DNA of 64,000 nucleotides from Anaerolineales bacterium (GTDB taxonomy: Bacteria; Chloroflexota; Anaerolineae; Anaerolineales; UBA6663). The translations under genes and the position numbers were made by a program. The notes under the pieces are model-generated. The model searched no databases. It had not been told where the DNA came from and saw nothing but the letters and a program-made list of their open reading frames with translations. Numbering within the stretch: the first letter of the stretch is position 1; each line of letters starts with the position of its first letter. This document shows positions 41,684 through 50,932 of the stretch, piece by piece. The DNA is taken from NCBI GenBank assembly GCA_020845955.1, contig JADLEU010000369.1:8462-72461 (forward strand), read 5' to 3'.

Positions 41684-42598
41684 CTACTGGCGCAGGCGTT
41701 GCTTTAGGCGGCTCTGGCGGGCGGCTGATGGACTTGACCTCGCGGAGGGGGACAGGATCAGTCGTGACCGCCCGCTTGGCCGGCCCGCGGCGGCCACGCA
41801 GCTTGGTCGAGTGGTGGGGTGGCATGAAGAGCTGTTTGCCCAGGGGCGCGGCACCGCCGAGGCCGCGCAGGGTCGTGCCGACCGGGTCACTGGCGGCGGC
41901 CAGACCACGGTTGAGCAGATCGCCGGAAACGGAGCGAGCTCCGTCGAGACCGTCCAAGGCCTTGCGATGGCATCTGCCAAGCCCGGCTGTGCGCCGTCGC
42001 GGGGCGTTTCCGGCTCGGGCGGCAGCGACGCCCGCGAGGCCTCAGCAGTCTGGCCGGTGAGGGTATCGAGGACGTGCATCAGAGCAGCGCCGTCGGCGAC
42101 GGCATGCGATTGGCGCATGATGAGGGCGCTGCCCGCGCCGAAGCGCTCAACCACGTGCATTTTCCATAACGGCCGGCGCGGGTCGAGCGGGACTGCCATC
42201 AGGTGTCCGACGAGCCATAGGAGGGCGGCCCAATCGCCAGGCGCCGGCAGGGTGACATGCACAACGTGAGCGCCCAAGTCGAAATGCGGGTCCAGCTCCC
42301 AAACAGGCAGGCCCATGGCCAGTCGCGATTCCCGGGGGCGCTGGCAGAAGCGGGCAAAGCGCAACAGACGGTCGGCGAACACCGCCTGCAGCTGGCGAAC
42401 CGTGACCGGCTGATCCAAGATGGCTGTACCGACGATAAGCGTGTCGCAGAGTGTGCCCATGTGCAGCCAGGCAGCGTTGACGCCAAAGAAGCGCTCAGGA
42501 TGGACGGAGACGTTGAAAGCTATGGCAGCCTCCAGCACCAGTAGCCGTCGGGCGACGGCAGGCAGAGGGCGCACGGTGGCAGGACGACAGGTGCTCAA
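41684..42598 (-). pseudogene. Wax-ester synthase/DGAT-like acyltransferase, N-terminal domain only, apparently frameshifted and truncated
   Basis: WELDPHFDLGAHV, PLDPRRPLWKMHVVE and SHAVADG (in place of HHxxxDG) match the WS/DGAT N-domain. The expected next segment (TKLRGRRGPAKRAVTTDPVPLREVKSI) is in another frame (ORF 41505-41957). No C-terminal half follows. Confidence 0.45.
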
Positions 42599-42665
42599 TT
42601 GTCAGTGTGCGTCGATGGCGCCCTAACTTCCATGGGCGAAAGGCGATTCGGCTAAATCTGATGCA

Positions 42666-43391
42666 TCAGGGAGAAATAGACAGGTCAGGGCGATCCATCC
42701 CGCGAGGCTCGCCGCGCTCTGGCCCCCCAAGCCGCTGAACGGCCTGCTCGATCGTCTGCACTACTTTGGGCAGGTTGGCGTTCACGGTGGCTTCGGGGAA
42801 GGTCAGGTACACACCCGCCGGGCGCTCGCGCATCTCTGAAGCGGGTAGATCGCCAAGGGAGATGCCCAGGGTGCCCAGCGCGCACAGGAGCGCCAGGTCT
42901 AACTCACCCGCGCCTCGCTGCTCGTACTGCTTCTCAGCGGCCAGGCCGCGCTCGTGGAGCGCTTTCCACAGCCGCTCGCGCTCCTCCGACTGCACGATCA
43001 AATCGTTCAGCTCAGTCGCGGCCAGCAGCCGCTCGCCGGTCGTGTATAGGAACGTGATGCGGCGCCAGGCGCGGGAGGGGACAGGACGCGGCAGACGCTC
43101 GAGCGGACCGATCTGGATCTTGTAGTATGGCTCCTGGGCGCGGGGATGGTCGGGCTGGGTGCGCAGCAGCTCAGCCCGCGTGGTCAGCTCGTGGCCGCGC
43201 ACCAGCGCGACGTAGTTGATCGACCACTTCTCTGCACCGAACTTCGCCGCCTGGTAGAAGGCCAGGTAGTCGACCGCCACGGTCTTGGGGGCCGACTTGA
43301 GGGGAATCCGGTACCAACCCAGGACGCGGGCAATCTCCAAGTCGCGCTTGTCTTTCAGGATGCAGACCAGGACGAGGTCGGATGGGTCCAT
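42666..43391 (-). CDS. Hypothetical protein (241 aa), family not recognised
   Basis: The ORF is clean, starts at an ATG and has protein-like composition. Its N-terminal domain contains LGWYRIPLKSAPKTVAVDYLAFYQ..YYKIQIGPLERLPRPVPS..ITFLYTT. I recognise no catalytic motif. Confidence 0.6.
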   Translation of the reverse strand: MDPSDLVLVCILKDKRDLEIARVLGWYRIPLKSAPKTVAVDYLAFYQAAKFGAEKWSINYVALVRGHELTTRAELLRTQPDHPRAQEPYYKIQIGPLERLPRPVPSRAWRRITFLYTTGERLLAATELNDLIVQSEERERLWKALHERGLAAEKQYEQRGAGELDLALLCALGTLGISLGDLPASEMRERPAGVYLTFPEATVNANLPKVVQTIEQAVQRLGGPERGEPRGMDRPDLSISP

Positions 43392-43399
43392 GTGACAGG

Positions 43400-44506
43400 T
43401 CAGAGGCGTCGCGGCCCAGTGGGGTTCTGCATCGCCTGGGCGGCTGCGGCGTCCACCATCGGGCCAGGCGCCGGCCGGCGGACGCTGCTGAGCCAGGTAA
43501 AGGCCAGTACGCTGGCGGCGGCCGCGGCCAGGGCGAGCGCGGCCAACGCCGGCGCGGGCTGCAGCGCTCCACCCCAGCCGACGGCAATCGGCGCCGCGCC
43601 GGCAGCAATAGCTAGGCCAAGGCCTAACCCGGCCGCGATGGCCGGCTGGCGGGGCAGCAGCCGCAGCGTGGCCGCCAGGGCCGCGGGCGTAGCCGATTGC
43701 AGAAGCGCCACGCCAAGCAGCAGCATGATGAGGTTGCCGGCGCTAAGGGTCAGCAGGGCCGCGGCGCATCCAAGAGCAGCCAACGTCCAGCGCCGCCAGC
43801 CCAGGCGGTCGGCCAGCGAGCCACCCAGCGCTTTGCCCAGCGCGGCGGCAATGGCCATGAGCAGCAGCATTTCCACGCGCCCTTCGAGGGCGTACTGCAG
43901 CGTGGTCCACACTAGCGAGCGCAGCGCGACGGCCGCCAGGAGCACCAGCATGATCAAGTCATGGCGCTCGAAGGCGGGCTCAGCGAGACCGGCATCGGTG
44001 TAGGGCAGCCCCGGCTGCTCCAGCAGCGCCACGGCGCCCGCCAGCTCGGCCAACAAGATCAGGAAGGGCCAAGTCGCCTCCCTGCCAGCCAGGGCCAGGT
44101 AGCCGCCGAGCGCGAGGCCCAGGACGCCCGGCGCGGCGAACAGCCCCGGGCCGCTGGCGCGGCCGTGGGTAGCGCACAGCGCCATCGCCCCGCCGGCCAC
44201 GTGGAAGCCGCTGGAGCCCAAGCCGGCCAGGGCCACGGCCGGCATCGGGTAGGCCGGGAGCAAGAGCGGGCTCGCCGCCAGCAGCCCAAGGCCGGCCAAC
44301 GCCACAGGCCGGGGGCGGCGCAGTTGGCCGGTGAGCAGGCCAAAGGCCGGCTGGCAACCGAACGCCAGCAGGTTGTAAAGTTGCGCCCTCAGGCCCACCT
44401 CGGCCAGAGGCAGCGCGCCCGGCAGGCGGCCAAGCCGGAGCCCGGCGGCGCCATCGGCAGCGCCGTGGGCCAGGCCGAGCGTAATGGGCAGGATCAGGCG
44501 GCGCAT
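43400..44506 (-). CDS. Polytopic membrane protein, MFS-like (divergent)
   Basis: About 10-12 hydrophobic helices are arranged in two halves. An MFS-like loop GKALGGSLADRLGWRR is present. Confidence 0.55.
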   Translation of the reverse strand: MRRLILPITLGLAHGAADGAAGLRLGRLPGALPLAEVGLRAQLYNLLAFGCQPAFGLLTGQLRRPRPVALAGLGLLAASPLLLPAYPMPAVALAGLGSSGFHVAGGAMALCATHGRASGPGLFAAPGVLGLALGGYLALAGREATWPFLILLAELAGAVALLEQPGLPYTDAGLAEPAFERHDLIMLVLLAAVALRSLVWTTLQYALEGRVEMLLLMAIAAALGKALGGSLADRLGWRRWTLAALGCAAALLTLSAGNLIMLLLGVALLQSATPAALAATLRLLPRQPAIAAGLGLGLAIAAGAAPIAVGWGGALQPAPALAALALAAAAASVLAFTWLSSVRRPAPGPMVDAAAAQAMQNPTGPRRL

Positions 44507-44509
44507 GCG

Positions 44510-45886
44510 CTAAGCGCGCATCTCCTTGATGCGCGCATCCATTTCAGGCACGAGCGCTTGATGCTGGATCCACCAGTCCGGATCCTTCTGAGCATCGAGC
44601 TCCTCAACCGTCTTGCCCTGCTGCTCAACCCAGGTGTAGTACTTGAGATTGTGCCATTGCCGGCGCACGTCAGGGGTGCCGTCCTTGATCCAGTCAGTAG
44701 TCGCGCCGTGGAAGATGGCCTCGACGTAAGCCGTGCCGCGAGTGTAATCGATCGGGCCATAATCGCGGGCCATATCGGCCATGACGGAGTGATAGCGGTC
44801 AATAGCGTCGGTGCAGATCGTTACAACGACGTCGTCTTTGCCAAGCCGGTAGTGCTTGGCTGTCTTGATAGCGCCCAGCAGGTTGCACACCCCGCTGATG
44901 CCAAAGATAGTGCCCAGATGCTCAACCACGGGCTGGGGCGCGCCGTAGCGCTCCACCAGCAGGCTCTGGCCGGCCGGGTCAGTGAGCACCTGCAGTCCCT
45001 TCTTGCAGGCGATATCGTCGAGGCACATGATGGCGTCCATGTTGAGGACATTGTGGATCCAAGTCACGTGCTTGTCGCCGATACCCTGGATATCGTGCCC
45101 GCCATAGCCGTTGTTGTACAGCGTAGGGCATTGGATCGGTTCGAGGCCGACGGTTTTGAGATCGGGGAATACCTGCTTTAGCCGGTCGCCGGCCGCGATC
45201 GTGCCGGCGCTGCCCATGGCCGAGCAAAAGGCCGCCACGCGCCCCTGGCCGATGCCACGAGCTTTGAGCGCGCCGGACAACTCCACGATAGTGTTGCCGG
45301 TAACGTGGTAGTGGAAGCGGTAATTGCCCATCACCTCGAACTGGTTGAGGATGCGGATGTTAGGATCGCGGCGCAACTCCCAGGTCTTATCGTAGATCTC
45401 CTTCACATTGGACTCGACGCCGGGCGTTTTTATAATTTGCCCGCCGTAGCGTTCGATTTGCTCAAAGCGCTCGCGGCTCATGCCCTCCGGCAGCACGACG
45501 ATAGAGCGGGCGCCGACGCGCCCACCGACCCAGGCGCCGCCAATGCCATAGTTGCCGGTGCTGGGCCAGACAACCGTATGCTGGTCGATGTCCACCTGGC
45601 CGAATAAGAGCGCCTCCGCCAGCACGGAATAGGCCGCGCCCACCTTGTGAGCGCCGGTGGGAAAGTCACGGCTGTAAAGGACGACAATAGGCGCCGCTAC
45701 GCCCGTGATCTCGGGCGGAATGACTTCATACTTGATAGCGTCGTCCGCGCCGCGCCAGGTGATGTTGTACAGGTTCACCGGGTTGAGCGGGTCGTCCTTG
45801 AGCGCCGCCACGGCCTGGGCGCGGATGGCGGGGTCGATCGAGGCCGGGTGAAGCATCTCATCAAACGTAGGTCCAAGCCGAAACAT
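44510..45886 (-). CDS. Fold-type II (Trp-synthase-beta/cysteine-synthase superfamily) PLP-dependent enzyme with a long C-terminal extension
   Basis: FPTGAHKVGAAY (Lys context), STGNYGIGGAW and SAMGSAGT (Gly-rich phosphate loop) are present. I prefer the ATG at 45886 (AGGAGAG 8 nt upstream) over the TTG at 45922. Confidence 0.8.
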   Translation of the reverse strand: MFRLGPTFDEMLHPASIDPAIRAQAVAALKDDPLNPVNLYNITWRGADDAIKYEVIPPEITGVAAPIVVLYSRDFPTGAHKVGAAYSVLAEALLFGQVDIDQHTVVWPSTGNYGIGGAWVGGRVGARSIVVLPEGMSRERFEQIERYGGQIIKTPGVESNVKEIYDKTWELRRDPNIRILNQFEVMGNYRFHYHVTGNTIVELSGALKARGIGQGRVAAFCSAMGSAGTIAAGDRLKQVFPDLKTVGLEPIQCPTLYNNGYGGHDIQGIGDKHVTWIHNVLNMDAIMCLDDIACKKGLQVLTDPAGQSLLVERYGAPQPVVEHLGTIFGISGVCNLLGAIKTAKHYRLGKDDVVVTICTDAIDRYHSVMADMARDYGPIDYTRGTAYVEAIFHGATTDWIKDGTPDVRRQWHNLKYYTWVEQQGKTVEELDAQKDPDWWIQHQALVPEMDARIKEMRA

Positions 45887-45955
45887 GTCGCTCACTCTCC
45901 TGAGTGCCAAGGGTTCTGCCAACTCCTCCGGGGGCGAAGCGATTGTACCTGAGAT

Positions 45956-47011
45956 TCAGCGCACTTCCTCTACGGCCACCCGCCGGTGCTCGCGTGCTGA
46001 GAGGCGGGCGGCATCGATGACGCGCTGCGTGGCGTAGGCCGACTCGAGCGTCGGAAGGTCGGGAGGCATCGAGTCACCCGCAAGCGCGCCAGCCAACCGC
46101 TCCAGCAGGACGGGGAAACCACCCAGCAGGCCATTTTCACCGCGAGTCTCTTCGAGATAGGCGGCGGGCGGAAAGAGCGGCCGGGTACGGGCCTCACCCA
46201 TCGGCAGCAGCCCAGCTTCCTCCCCAAAAGCTTCAATATAGACCGATGCGCTCGAGCCATGCACCGCGATCTGGTTGCGGCTGGCGGCAACGACGGCGCT
46301 ATAGCTGAAGGTAGCCAGCATACCGCTCTCAAAGTGCAGCGCCAGTTGGCCCGTGTCGTCGGCGGGCGCCTGGCCGGGATACCGGCTGGGCGGCGCGGCC
46401 CGCGCAGACAGCGTCGCCTCTACCGCGCTCACCGGTCCGAACAAGCGGCTGGCCAGATCGATCCCATGCGAAAGGAAGTTGGCCAGCACGCCGCCGCCAT
46501 AATCGGCATCCCAAAACCAGGCGTATTCCACGGCCGCCTGTTCCATGAAGCTCGTGTAGAAATCCACGTGCATCAGGCGCGGCTGGCCCAACCCGCCCTG
46601 CGCCAGGACGTCGGCCACGTGGCGCACAGTGGGCACGTAGGGCAGCGCGTACGCCACCGCGCCCACGCGCTGGTGCTCGCGCGCCAGGCCGGCCAGGATG
46701 CGCGCATCGGCAGCGCAGCCGACGTAAGCGACCTCGACCAATACGTGCTTGCCCGCCGCGAGAGCTGCTGCAGCGTAGCCGGCATGGGTCGGGGGCGGCG
46801 AGGCGATCGCGATCAGGTCCAGCGAGGAGGCCAGCAGCCGCCGGGGATCCGTGTACCAGCGCGGAATGTTGTTCTCGCGCGCAACTGCCTCGGCCCGGCC
46901 GGGCGTGCGCGCGCAAACAGCCACCAAATCGTACTTGGTGTTGCCTTTGAATGCAGGCAGGTGCACCTGGGCGCCATAGTTGAGGCCAAGCAGGCCGACT
47001 CGAATGCTCAT
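45956..47011 (-). CDS. Gfo/Idh/MocA-family NAD(P)-dependent oxidoreductase
   Basis: The N-terminal Rossmann motif is IRVGLLGLNYGAQVHLPAF, followed by the typical two-domain layout. Confidence 0.85.
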   Translation of the reverse strand: MSIRVGLLGLNYGAQVHLPAFKGNTKYDLVAVCARTPGRAEAVARENNIPRWYTDPRRLLASSLDLIAIASPPPTHAGYAAAALAAGKHVLVEVAYVGCAADARILAGLAREHQRVGAVAYALPYVPTVRHVADVLAQGGLGQPRLMHVDFYTSFMEQAAVEYAWFWDADYGGGVLANFLSHGIDLASRLFGPVSAVEATLSARAAPPSRYPGQAPADDTGQLALHFESGMLATFSYSAVVAASRNQIAVHGSSASVYIEAFGEEAGLLPMGEARTRPLFPPAAYLEETRGENGLLGGFPVLLERLAGALAGDSMPPDLPTLESAYATQRVIDAARLSAREHRRVAVEEVR

Positions 47012-47099
47012 AGAGTACCAGGCAGTCGCCGCGCCGAGCTCTCCCCGAATAGCCGCCGGGCGTCCTTGATCGTGAAGGTTTATCTGGCCGCACGCCTTC

Positions 47100-47933
47100 T
47101 TAATCGCGGGCCAGGGCTACCATCGCCCGAAAGGCGCGATGGGCGGTGAGCATATCCGGCGCGGTGTACTCCAGGCGCGTGCCGCCCGGGCGCTCGGCGC
47201 CGGGCAACAGAAAAGCCCGGTCCACGTGCTGGGTGAAGACAAATTCAACCGCCAGCCGCACGGGCAGGCTGACCACGAGCGGCGCGGGCGCGCGGCCCTC
47301 GCGCAGTCTGAGCAAGCCGCGCGCCGCGGCCTCGCAGATGCGTTCGCGAGCCTCCGGCAGCGGCAGGCACTGGGCCGCGTAGCGCCCGGTGGCGCTTTTG
47401 ACCACAGCAATTTCCAGTGCCGGGCCCAGCAGATCCTGCCCTTCGGCGCAAGTATGCTGATCACCGGTTAGGGCGACGACGGGCACCCCATAGGCGCCCG
47501 CCAGCGCGGCATTGAGACCGATCTCGCCCACTAACTGATCGTTGAGAAAGACGGCGCGAATGCGCTCATCGGACCAGGTGTGATCAAGCACGCCCTTGCG
47601 CGTGCCCGACAGCGCATGATAGCCCAGCAGCAAGAGAGCGTTGGGCGCGGGCGTGTCGTCGAGGCTTTGCAGCATGGAGAAGGGCGAGGGCGAACCCGAG
47701 TTGAGCCGGGCGCGCGGGTCCAGTTCTTCCAGCAGGAGGTTGCGGGCGTCGCCATGGGCGTCGCTAACCACGACCTCGTCCGCTCCGCCCTCGAAGGCGC
47801 CGTTGACGGCGGCGTTCACGTCGCCCATCATCAGCCGCCGGCCCCGGGCATATTCGATCTGGCCTGGCGTCGTTTGCTCCCAGGCCACGATGCCGGAGAT
47901 GCCTTCCATGTCGGCGGAGATGAGGAGCTTCAT
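47100..47933 (-). CDS. dppA: M55-family D-aminopeptidase (DppA-like)
   Basis: The ATG at 47933 gives MKLLISADMEGISGIV..VVVSDAHG, the family's N-terminal signature. The 147-aa upstream extension in the track is rejected. Confidence 0.85.
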   Translation of the reverse strand: MKLLISADMEGISGIVAWEQTTPGQIEYARGRRLMMGDVNAAVNGAFEGGADEVVVSDAHGDARNLLLEELDPRARLNSGSPSPFSMLQSLDDTPAPNALLLLGYHALSGTRKGVLDHTWSDERIRAVFLNDQLVGEIGLNAALAGAYGVPVVALTGDQHTCAEGQDLLGPALEIAVVKSATGRYAAQCLPLPEARERICEAAARGLLRLREGRAPAPLVVSLPVRLAVEFVFTQHVDRAFLLPGAERPGGTRLEYTAPDMLTAHRAFRAMVALARD

Positions 47934-47976
47934 GCGTGTGGCGCTGTCCTGTGCGGAAAGGGGCCCGGCAGTTCGC

Positions 47977-48005
47977 ATTATCACCGCAACCTGACCTTTC
48001 GCCAA
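47977..48005 (-). promoter_or_regulatory. Sigma70-like promoter candidate for dppA
   Basis: The minus strand reads TTGGCG (48005-48000), a 17-nt spacer, then GATAAT (47982-47977). It lies in the 77-nt gap after the upstream stop. Confidence 0.3.
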
Positions 48006-48010
48006 ACCGC

Positions 48011-48820
48011 TTAGGGCCGCCGCACCCAAAGATTGCGCCAGCGGCCCACGGCGCGCCTCAGCGCTGCCAGCAGCAGCGTCCCGCCCGCCACCTGGACAAA
48101 GCCACCGAGCAAAGCCGCGTCGACCCGCGCCACGCCCAGCGTCTTGCTGGCGTAGTCGCCGGTAATGAACCCTGCCAGGATGGCAGCCAGTGTCCAGGCC
48201 AGGGCCGCCCCTGCAATGGCGCCGCGCCGGCCCAGGCGATAGCCGGCGCCGCCCAGATAGTAGCCGCTCAGCGCCCCGGCGACCGTGCCAGCCAGCGCGC
48301 CCGCCGCCAGTCCCAGCACTCCCAGATTCGGGTCGGCACGGAGCAAGGCCCACAATGTCCGGAAACCCTCCCAACCGCCGATCCAGCCCGTCACGACCAG
48401 CACGACCAGCAGGCCCACCGGCAGCGCCAGCAACCCGCCCAGCCCGCCCATCGCCAGGCCAAAGCGCTCGGCGCCTCGTCGGTCGGGGATTGGTCCGGCC
48501 ACGGTCTCACCCAACAGCGCACTGGCGCCCGCGCCCAGCGCCCCGACCAGCGATCCAAAGGCCGCCTGGCCCAGTGCCAGCCCCAGCAGCAAGCCCGCAC
48601 CGGCGCCAAGCAGCGCGCCGGCGGCCCCCAGCAGCCACTGCGGCCGGCGCATCTGCCACAACGGAGCCAGCCTTGGCCGGGTGGCCGCCAAGGTCTTGGG
48701 CGCGGACCGCGCCGGGCGGCGGCCAACCCACGACCAGCGGAATGGCACGGTCGCGCCGCAGTAGGCACAAAAGCGCACGCCGGCGGGCAGGTGTTTGCGG
48801 CACGAGGGGCAGTCGATCAT
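48011..48820 (-). CDS. Zinc-ribbon membrane protein with a glycine-zipper-rich TM region
   Basis: The N-terminus MIDCPSCRKHLPAGVRFCAYCG has two CxxC pairs. The rest is Gly/Ala-rich hydrophobic helices (GxxxG repeats). Confidence 0.65.
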   Translation of the reverse strand: MIDCPSCRKHLPAGVRFCAYCGATVPFRWSWVGRRPARSAPKTLAATRPRLAPLWQMRRPQWLLGAAGALLGAGAGLLLGLALGQAAFGSLVGALGAGASALLGETVAGPIPDRRGAERFGLAMGGLGGLLALPVGLLVVLVVTGWIGGWEGFRTLWALLRADPNLGVLGLAAGALAGTVAGALSGYYLGGAGYRLGRRGAIAGAALAWTLAAILAGFITGDYASKTLGVARVDAALLGGFVQVAGGTLLLAALRRAVGRWRNLWVRRP

Positions 48821-48835
48821 GCGGCCGGGACAGGG

Positions 48836-50137
48836 CTAGACAACCCGGAGGCCGCAGCGCGGGCAGAACCGGGCATTCTGCGGAATACCCCGGCCGCAGT
48901 GCGGGCAAGCCCGTTTGCCGGCCAGGCGGGCAGCGCAGTTCTGACAATAGACCTCGTCGCCAGGGTTGGCGTGCTGGCAGACCCGGCAAAGTACGCGCGC
49001 CGGCTGAACCGCGGCGGCGGCCGGCCGCGACAGGGCAGCGAGCCAGCCAGGCAGCGACGGCGCCAGGCGAGGCGCGGCGCCAGCGGTCGGGACCCTGGCG
49101 AGCGCCGGCGCAGGCTGCGCCGCCGGGCTTTGAGCGGCGGCCGCAAGCACAGCGCAGCTGGGACATTGGGCCAGGTGCCGCGAGTAGAAATGTCCCTGCC
49201 GGCAGGTCACGAGGGCCTTCTCGGCCGTAGCGATGGCCCGTTCCCAGGCCTCGGGCGTAGGGCGACTAGCCGGCCGGGCGTGACCGTCAACGAAACACAG
49301 GCGCATCAGGGTCGCCAGCTCAGGGTGCAGGCTGTCCAGCGCGGGCGCATGGCGCGGCGGCGCAATGGGCAGCCCCGGCTTGGACGCATAGGGCCAATGG
49401 CCGTCGCGGATACGGGCTTCGACCGGAGGTGGGTCGCTAGCGGCCAGCCACAAGGCTCGGAACGGATGATTGCCTTCCATGAGCAGCTGAAAGACGAGCA
49501 CGGCTAGGCCGAAGCGGTCATGCTCGGGCTGGCGCGGCACCTCGGCGAAGGTCCTGCCCTGGAGCTCGGGCGGGGTGTACTCCGGCTTGCCAACGGGGCA
49601 GGGATGCAGCACCGGCTTGGCGCCGACACGCCGCTGCACCTGAAATGAATCGGCGTCAATGAGGGTCACTAACGCCGAGGGCATGACCATGACGTTGCTC
49701 TCGTTGAGGTCGCCCACGACGTAGTTCGTGGCGTGCAGCGCGCCCAGCGCGGCAGCCAGGTTGCGGGCCGTGCGGTGCAGGTAGCGGCGGTTGAAGTTGG
49801 GGAGAGTCTTGGCGCGCAGGCGCGGGTTGAAGACCAGCAGCAGCGGCACCGCGTTCTGGACATGCACCATCGCATAGCCGACCAGCGCGCCGCGCGCATC
49901 GTAGAGTAGTTGGGTGGGCCAGGCGATGGACGCGTGGCCCAGGGATTGCGTTGGGTCAGTGGGCGGGTGGGCCTGCATCCAGGCGAGCTTGAGGTCGTAG
50001 CCTGGGCGCGGCGCCCGATGATAGAGCTTGGCCAGCACGGCGGGCTGTCCGGCCAGCCTGTAGACGGCGGCCTCACCTCCCCGGCCCACCTCGGATCCCA
50101 GTGCCAGCGGGCGGCGTTGAGCGTCGTAGACGATCAA
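48836..50137 (-). CDS. Atypical Ser/Thr protein kinase-like protein (YegI/TerY-P-triad type) with three C-terminal zinc ribbons
   Basis: The kinase-like motifs are the Gly-loop GRGGEAAVYRL, VLAKLY (Lys), VVGDLNESNVMV (catalytic loop) and LIDADSF (DFG-equivalent). The tail has CRQGH..CPSC, CRVC..CQNC and CPHC..CPRC. I prefer the TTG start at 50137, which overlaps the PP2C stop (TTGA); an alternative TTG is at 50167. Confidence 0.7.
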   Translation of the reverse strand: MIVYDAQRRPLALGSEVGRGGEAAVYRLAGQPAVLAKLYHRAPRPGYDLKLAWMQAHPPTDPTQSLGHASIAWPTQLLYDARGALVGYAMVHVQNAVPLLLVFNPRLRAKTLPNFNRRYLHRTARNLAAALGALHATNYVVGDLNESNVMVMPSALVTLIDADSFQVQRRVGAKPVLHPCPVGKPEYTPPELQGRTFAEVPRQPEHDRFGLAVLVFQLLMEGNHPFRALWLAASDPPPVEARIRDGHWPYASKPGLPIAPPRHAPALDSLHPELATLMRLCFVDGHARPASRPTPEAWERAIATAEKALVTCRQGHFYSRHLAQCPSCAVLAAAAQSPAAQPAPALARVPTAGAAPRLAPSLPGWLAALSRPAAAAVQPARVLCRVCQHANPGDEVYCQNCAARLAGKRACPHCGRGIPQNARFCPRCGLRVV

Positions 50138-50928
50138 GCGCCTCCGCCCGGCTCGGCCGGCGGCCAACGCACAGCCAGGACCAGCGTCTTGTCGTCGTCA
50201 GTGCGGGCAGTCACGCGGTCTGAGGCTAGAAAGGCGGCCAGGTCAGCGCAGCCCTGGTCTTCATCAGGCGCGCCGTGGGCAAAGGCCAGCAGCGGCCGGA
50301 AGAAAGGCACGTGGGGCGCCTTGCGCTCCAAATCCAGCACCAGCCGCAGCAAGCCGTCGGTCATCACCGCCAGGCCCTGTGGGAGCTCAGCAAAGGCCGC
50401 AACCTCAAGCCGGTCGAGGGCGCCGGGTTGGGTAAGGAAGTGCGTTTCATTGGCGTACTCGCCCTTTTGAGGGGCCGCCGCCAGGAACCATCCGCCGCCC
50501 GACAGGGCCGCCACGGCCACCCCATCGCCCAACTGGGCCACGGCGAATCCTTCAGCCCAGACGGCAGCGCAGAGCAGTGTCGTGGCGTAAGCGCGCGCGC
50601 TGCTGCCGGCGGCCTGAGCTCCGATCAGGACCGCCTGCCGGGCCTGACCGTACGCCTCAAGCATGAGCGCCTGCCAACCGGCCTCGCTCGACGGCCAGCC
50701 GCCCGCCAGCGCGCGGACCAGCGCCCCACAGGCCGCGTTGGCGGCCAGCCCAGCCCCCTCTTCGGCGCGTTCAGCCGAGCCGGCTCCATCGGCCGCCACC
50801 AGCACGGCCCCACCGGGCAGCGCCCGGTAGGCATGTGCATCCTGACAAGGTAAGCCGGCGCGCAGATGCGCCGACCCCATGACCGAGGCCCCGAGCACCC
50901 GCCAGCCGCGACCCAACGAGCCGGTCAC
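50134..50928 (-). CDS. PP2C-family protein phosphatase (PphC/YegK-like)
   Basis: WRVLGASVMGSAHLRAGLPCQDAH..AVLVAADGAGSAE is the PP2C_2-type N-terminal pattern. The start is GTG, 4 nt after the vWA stop. Confidence 0.75.
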   Translation of the reverse strand: MTGSLGRGWRVLGASVMGSAHLRAGLPCQDAHAYRALPGGAVLVAADGAGSAERAEEGAGLAANAACGALVRALAGGWPSSEAGWQALMLEAYGQARQAVLIGAQAAGSSARAYATTLLCAAVWAEGFAVAQLGDGVAVAALSGGGWFLAAAPQKGEYANETHFLTQPGALDRLEVAAFAELPQGLAVMTDGLLRLVLDLERKAPHVPFFRPLLAFAHGAPDEDQGCADLAAFLASDRVTARTDDDKTLVLAVRWPPAEPGGGA

Positions 50929-50932
50929 CAGG

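Noticed and set aside
41592-42269. Plus-strand 225-aa ORF opposite the WS/DGAT fragment.
   Set aside because: The product is Arg/Gly/Cys-rich junk, and the opposite strand carries recognisable WS/DGAT motifs.
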